DNA from: a virus
Length of the DNA stretch: 64,000 bases
IMG/VR virus record: IMGVR_UViG_3300047157_000162
Coordinates: 1 to 64,000 of that record
Direction: 5' to 3' (one strand)
Below are positions 60,058-64,000 of this stretch, in pieces (the stretch's first letter is position 1; every line of letters begins with the position of its first letter). Made by a program: the position numbers and the translations under genes. The notes beneath the pieces are model-generated. The model was not told where the DNA came from, searched no databases, and saw only the letters and a list, made by a program, of their open reading frames with translations.

Positions 60058-60201
60058 TTAGCAGTTGCAATGTTTAGACATCCAAGAACCCTTCATAGCT
60101 AATGGGCTTTTGCTTTTACATCCTTTTTTATCTAATGGACTTCCGTAATTTGCCATTGATTCTTTACTTTCGTTTTTTGGTTTTTTGTTGTAATTTTTCA
60201 T
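60058..60201 (-). CDS. small basic protein (47 aa, not in ORF track)
   Basis: MKNYNKK...GSPLDKKGCKSKSPLAMKGSWMSKHCNC. Confidence 0.55.
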   Translation of the reverse strand: MKNYNKKPKNESKESMANYGSPLDKKGCKSKSPLAMKGSWMSKHCNC

Positions 60202-60224
60202 TGTTATGTTTATTTATTAATTGT

Positions 60225-60515
60225 TTAAAACCTACTACAGCACCATCTTTTTCTAGCTGCTTTACCTCTCTCACCTTTCCAGCTTTTTGATCTAGAGCAA
60301 AATGCTTTTTGTCTTTTATAAGCTTTAGTTCCAGGTTTTACATCACATTTAGTAACAGCTGTTTTAAGTTTACTACCTGGGTTTTGCTTTCTATATTTTT
60401 TAACACCAGCGGCTGTCATACCAGCTCCTTCGCTAGTTGTTCTAAAATTTCTTCCTTTACCTTTTGTTGTTTTTCTAACTCTAAGTAGAGGAGATTCTCT
60501 TTGAACATAAGCCAT
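60225..60515 (-). CDS. small basic Cys-containing late protein
   Basis: GAGMTAAGVKKYRKQNPGSKLKTAVT...AFCSR...RWCC. Confidence 0.65.
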   Translation of the reverse strand: MAYVQRESPLLRVRKTTKGKGRNFRTTSEGAGMTAAGVKKYRKQNPGSKLKTAVTKCDVKPGTKAYKRQKAFCSRSKSWKGERGKAARKRWCCSRF

Positions 60516-60518
60516 ATC

Positions 60519-60665
60519 TTATTCTTTTAATTTAACCCACTTAGATAACGTATAACCTATAGTTACCAGTAGTAATAATATCTTTAAGTATACTTCTATA
60601 TTAGTCATAGTTACTGCCATTGTGGCAAGGTTTATTGCGTATAATTTTACATCCTGAGCTAGCAT
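60519..60665 (-). CDS. small membrane protein (48 aa, not in ORF track)
   Basis: MLAQDVKLYAINLATMAVTMTNIEVYLKILLLLVTIGYTLSKW. Confidence 0.55.
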   Translation of the reverse strand: MLAQDVKLYAINLATMAVTMTNIEVYLKILLLLVTIGYTLSKWVKLKE

Positions 60666-60671
60666 AGCTTA

Positions 60672-60848
60672 CTATTTAGCTCGTTGTGTGATAGGTCCTT
60701 TCATAGAGCTACACCCGCAGTGTGCTTTAGAAATTTCCATTCCGTATTTACCTGAACTAGATCCTTTACCTTTTGGTAGTGCGTCTAAATCTAATGGTCC
60801 ATCCCATATAGCGTTTTGACCTGATGCTTTTTTATTAATGTTATCCAT
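60672..60848 (-). CDS. small hypothetical protein (58 aa, not in ORF track)
   Basis: MDNINKKASGQNAIWDGPLD...GPITQRAK. Confidence 0.55.
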   Translation of the reverse strand: MDNINKKASGQNAIWDGPLDLDALPKGKGSSSGKYGMEISKAHCGCSSMKGPITQRAK

Positions 60849-60866
60849 ATCTTTATTTTTTTTATT

Positions 60867-61133
60867 TTATTTTTTATACCCTTCAACTCTAGCCTTTATA
60901 ACATCAGCTCTAGTAATTTCACCATCTCCATTTTGATCTTCAAAATATAAAGGTGTTATTTCTCTTTGTGGCATGCTTTTAGCTCTTTGATCTGGTGTTC
61001 CAAATACATACTGAGCGTTTGCAGCTTGATTTGGATTAAACACAGGTTTAGCATTCCCCATCTCATTTGAAGGTACAGGCGCTCCCGGATTTTGGAATAT
61101 TGGTTGACCCAATAAGTTTTCATCTTGTTTCAT
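60867..61133 (-). CDS. hypothetical protein with an EF-hand-like C-terminus
   Basis: DQNGDGEITRAD. Confidence 0.55.
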   Translation of the reverse strand: MKQDENLLGQPIFQNPGAPVPSNEMGNAKPVFNPNQAANAQYVFGTPDQRAKSMPQREITPLYFEDQNGDGEITRADVIKARVEGYKK

Positions 61134-61560
61134 CTTTATTGACGTTTTTTATAGACACACTTAATACTTTATCTGTATAAGTATCTCCTTTCATTATTCT
61201 GTTTCTACTACTCGTAGGTATATCATCTTGACCTAGCATTATTCTATAAATTCTATTTATAAGTTGCTTGCCCTTGAATGATACTTTATATATATGATAC
61301 TTTTGAGTAGTTCTATTTCTTTTTCGCCAAACAGAAATCCAGTCTTCCTTCAATAATTTATTCCATCTTCTATTATCCCAACTGTATGAAAACGTACCTG
61401 TTTTAAAATCTTGCTTAGTAAACATGTCTAAACAATCTAAATAAATTAATAGTTCTAGATCAGCGTCGTTTAAGTCATTATTTCTACATGCCCATTTTCG
61501 TATGATTCTGTAGTGTTTCAATAACCCTAACTTTTTAACATCACTAGCATCTATTCTCAT
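61120..61560 (-). CDS. winged-helix-like DNA-binding protein
   Basis: LNDADLELLIYL...YKVSFKGKQLI MarR-like pattern. Confidence 0.5.
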   Translation of the reverse strand: MRIDASDVKKLGLLKHYRIIRKWACRNNDLNDADLELLIYLDCLDMFTKQDFKTGTFSYSWDNRRWNKLLKEDWISVWRKRNRTTQKYHIYKVSFKGKQLINRIYRIMLGQDDIPTSSRNRIMKGDTYTDKVLSVSIKNVNKDETR

Positions 61561-61823
61561 AAAACTACAACTATATCTTGCATTTTTATAACTTGATACG
61601 GATCACCTTCTATTTCTATTGTGTGACCAGCGTGTCTATCGTAGTAAATTAAATCACCTTCATTTAGACCTGCTTTGGTTGCTTCTTCTCCAGGAGATAT
61701 TACAGATGCTTTAATGTATCTTATATCTTCCCTTTGTTTTTCGGCAAGAAGTAAACCGCCTTTAGTAGCGGCCACTCCTTCTTTTTGTTTCTTTATTATT
61801 AAGTTTCTACCTATCGCCTTCAT
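61557..61823 (-). CDS. groES: co-chaperonin GroES
   Basis: TKGGLLL mobile loop, GDLIYY, IEGDPYQVIKMQDIV; coupled to groEL. Confidence 0.88.
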   Translation of the reverse strand: MKAIGRNLIIKKQKEGVAATKGGLLLAEKQREDIRYIKASVISPGEEATKAGLNEGDLIYYDRHAGHTIEIEGDPYQVIKMQDIVVVL

Positions 61824-63360
61824 TTGCTCTTAAATTATTAATTACACAATCAGTTGATAATATTGTAGTAGCTACAGATGCAGCGTTTCTTAATGCACTT
61901 TTGGTTACCATTAACGGATCAATTATACCGTGTTTAACCATATCTACAGGTTCTCCTGTTATTGCATTCAAACCAACACCTTTATCTTGTGGCTGTGACG
62001 CTGTGATACCTGCATTTTCTAATATTGTAAAGTAAGGGGCTTTTATAGCTTTTAATAAAACTTCTTCACCTAATCCTTCACTTTTAATATATGTTGAAGC
62101 ATTTAATAATGCAACGCCTCCGCCTGGTACAATACCTTCTTTTACGGCTGCTTTTGTTGCACAGATAGCATCTTCAACTCTATCAGTTTTTTCTTTTAAC
62201 TCTACTTCAGAGTTTGCACCAACTTTAACCACCGCAATTTTAGCGGTTAACATGGATAATCTTTTTTCAAGCTTTATAACCTCCCAGCTTTTTAGCGTGT
62301 TATTTGTAAGCTTTTCTTTTATACTACGTATTACATCCTTTATTTTTTCGGATGCCTCAGAGACCGTTATAACAGTGTCCTCGTGTGAGGTAACACTTTT
62401 TAAACAAGATCCTAAATACTCTACGTCAATTGAATCAAGGTCATCACCTAAATCTTCGTTGACTATTGTAGCGCCAGTTAGTAAAGAAAGATCTTCAAGT
62501 ACTTCTCGTTTGCTAATACCATAAGTAGGAGCATTGATTACATTTACTTTTAGATTACCTTTCTTTTTATTGGTGGCCAGAGTTGATAAAACACCTTGTT
62601 CTAAATCGCCTATAATAAGCAAAGGTTTATTGTTTTTTATTACGTACTCCAGCACTTTTTGTATATCTCTTATAGTATTAACTGGGGATTCCATAATTAA
62701 TACTAGTGGATTTTCTAATTCCGCTGTTTTTGTTTGTTCGTTTGTAATGAAATGAGAGTTTGTTAAACCTTTGTCGTAAGGTACACCTTCAATTAATTCA
62801 GAAACAGTTTTACCGTCACCGGCAGTTTCCATCATTACAATACCTGTGTTATCTACAGATCTAAACGCATCAGCTATAATAGAACCTAATTCATTGTCGT
62901 TGTTAACGGATATAGAAGCTATATTATCTAGCATGTCTCCTTTCACGTCAACCGCTAGCTTTTCTAAATACTTAATTACTTTTTCAACTGCAGAATTTAT
63001 ACCATCTTTTATTTCTCTGGCATTTTTCTTTTCTGAAACAGCATAAGCTTCTTTTAATATAGCGTGAGCTAAAACAGTTGCGGTAGTTGTACCGTCACCT
63101 GCTTCTTGAACAGTTTTTCTAGCAGCTTCCTTTAACAATGTAGATCCCATGTTTTCAACTGGATCAAACAATATTATAGAATCAGCTACAGTAACACCGT
63201 CTTTTGTTATCACGGGTTTACCCGTACCGTCTTCTAGCATCACGCATTTACCGCCAGCTCCTAATGTAGAGCTGACAGCATTTGCTAACTTTTCTATTCC
63301 TTTAAATACTTGATCTCTAGCATCGTCACCAAAGTTCAAGTTTTTGACAATTCCGTTCAT
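61807..63360 (-). CDS. groEL: chaperonin GroEL
   Basis: ITKDGVTVA, AGDGTTTATVLA, EDAICATKAAVKEGIVPGGG, GIIDP; lacks the GGM tail. Confidence 0.96.
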   Translation of the reverse strand: MNGIVKNLNFGDDARDQVFKGIEKLANAVSSTLGAGGKCVMLEDGTGKPVITKDGVTVADSIILFDPVENMGSTLLKEAARKTVQEAGDGTTTATVLAHAILKEAYAVSEKKNAREIKDGINSAVEKVIKYLEKLAVDVKGDMLDNIASISVNNDNELGSIIADAFRSVDNTGIVMMETAGDGKTVSELIEGVPYDKGLTNSHFITNEQTKTAELENPLVLIMESPVNTIRDIQKVLEYVIKNNKPLLIIGDLEQGVLSTLATNKKKGNLKVNVINAPTYGISKREVLEDLSLLTGATIVNEDLGDDLDSIDVEYLGSCLKSVTSHEDTVITVSEASEKIKDVIRSIKEKLTNNTLKSWEVIKLEKRLSMLTAKIAVVKVGANSEVELKEKTDRVEDAICATKAAVKEGIVPGGGVALLNASTYIKSEGLGEEVLLKAIKAPYFTILENAGITASQPQDKGVGLNAITGEPVDMVKHGIIDPLMVTKSALRNAASVATTILSTDCVINNLRANEGDR

Positions 63361-63413
63361 ATTTAATTTAATTTGATTTGATTTAATTCACCTTTTTCAG
63401 GTATACGAGTATT

Positions 63414-63438
63414 ATTACTCGTTTTCTTCGATTTTTAC
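63414..63438 (-). promoter_or_regulatory. class 2 promoter motif upstream of groEL
   Basis: minus strand GTAAAAA-N11-GAGTAAT. Confidence 0.6.
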
Positions 63439-63442
63439 CTAA

Positions 63443-63840
63443 TTAATCTTCAGTCTCAGGCTCTTGCGGCTCTTCAACCTCAGGTGTTGGTGGTACAGGC
63501 TCTCCGATAGTTAGTGTAACACTTGTAGGTGTAATCAAACTATCTATTTGACTTTGTATGCTTGCTTCAATGCTAGCAACTTGTTCGTCACCCATTGCTC
63601 CTTTAGTCCAAGCAACTACTTCATCATTTGTTAATTGATCAAACGGTATGAATTCTGTTATCTGACTTGTGTCTAGAGTTTGTGTTCCAATGTTTGTAGC
63701 TGAGTAAGCTTTTCCTTCAGAATCTACCTCATCTGAGGTACACCTGTTACAATCCAGTGCACATTGTACACTACATCCGCTTCGTTGTTTTGTTCTGGGT
63801 AGCAATCTACTGTTTTGCAATTCCAATTGTAAGTTGTCAT
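63443..63840 (-). CDS. small fibre-associated-type protein (true start MTTYNWNCKTVD, frameshift near 63740)
   Basis: MTTYNWNC...VVYNVHWIVTG in one frame joins TSDEVDS...FIPFDQLT in the listed ORF. Confidence 0.6.
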
Positions 63841-63874
63841 AATTTTTGTTTTTAATTTTGGTTTATTTATTTAT

Positions 63875-64000
63875 TTATTTATTGAAAACTGTTGCACTGT
63901 TAAACATTTCAGACATATTAATCACATTACTCACATCCCAATTTCCTATAGCCGCATTGAAAGAGACTGCACTTTTAAACATACTGCTCATATAAACAAC
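63875..64000 (-). CDS. C-terminal fragment of a BspA/DUF285-type surface-repeat protein (truncated by the window end)
   Basis: MSSMFKSAVSFNAAIGNWDVSNVINMSEMFNSATVFNK*. Confidence 0.75.
   Translation of the reverse strand, partial: VVYMSSMFKSAVSFNAAIGNWDVSNVINMSEMFNSATVFNK

Noticed and set aside
1-64000. Alternative genetic code (stop-codon reassignment)
   Set aside because: Long genes are open in the standard code, breaks are frame changes rather than in-frame stops, and no suppressor tRNA is seen.
1-64000. Prophage or temperate lifestyle
   Set aside because: No integrase, att site or flanking host genes are recognisable in the window.

Overview
The window is about 64 kb of an AT-rich tailed dsDNA phage genome. 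It is most consistent with a podovirus-like phage of Bacteroidota/Flavobacteriia: A/T-rich leaders without Shine-Dalgarno sequences, GNVGIGT-repeat fibres and phage-encoded GroEL/GroES. The minus strand at 1-12.5 kb encodes fibre and structural genes. A divergent control region lies at 12.5-12.9 kb. The plus strand at 12.9-31 kb carries small early genes, a tRNA and structured RNAs, a sigma factor, an ERF recombinase, an exonuclease, an SSB, a primase-helicase, a T4 gp42-like dCMP hydroxymethylase, MazG-like enzymes, endonuclease I and class I RNR, but no recognisable DNA polymerase. The minus strand at 31-64 kb carries lysin, ejection proteins, tail, capsid, scaffold, portal, terminase, holin and chaperonins. 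The main candidate new system is a two-stage phage transcription programme. Ten early genes or gene groups sit behind a rigidly spaced 33-bp motif (TACAAA-N4-ATACR-N9-AGATAATAT). The 2287-aa putative ejected virion protein contains an embedded sigma70 region-2-like domain next to a HExxH metallopeptidase motif. A stand-alone sigma gene is followed at once by a second promoter class (GTAAAAA-N10/11-RWGTAAT) that also precedes the late operons. A 42-bp palindrome occurs three times, once over the start codon of an HTH protein and twice in the divergent control and early region. Several essential genes are broken by single-base frameshifts that look like sequencing errors. All functional calls come from motif recognition by eye; no searches were run.
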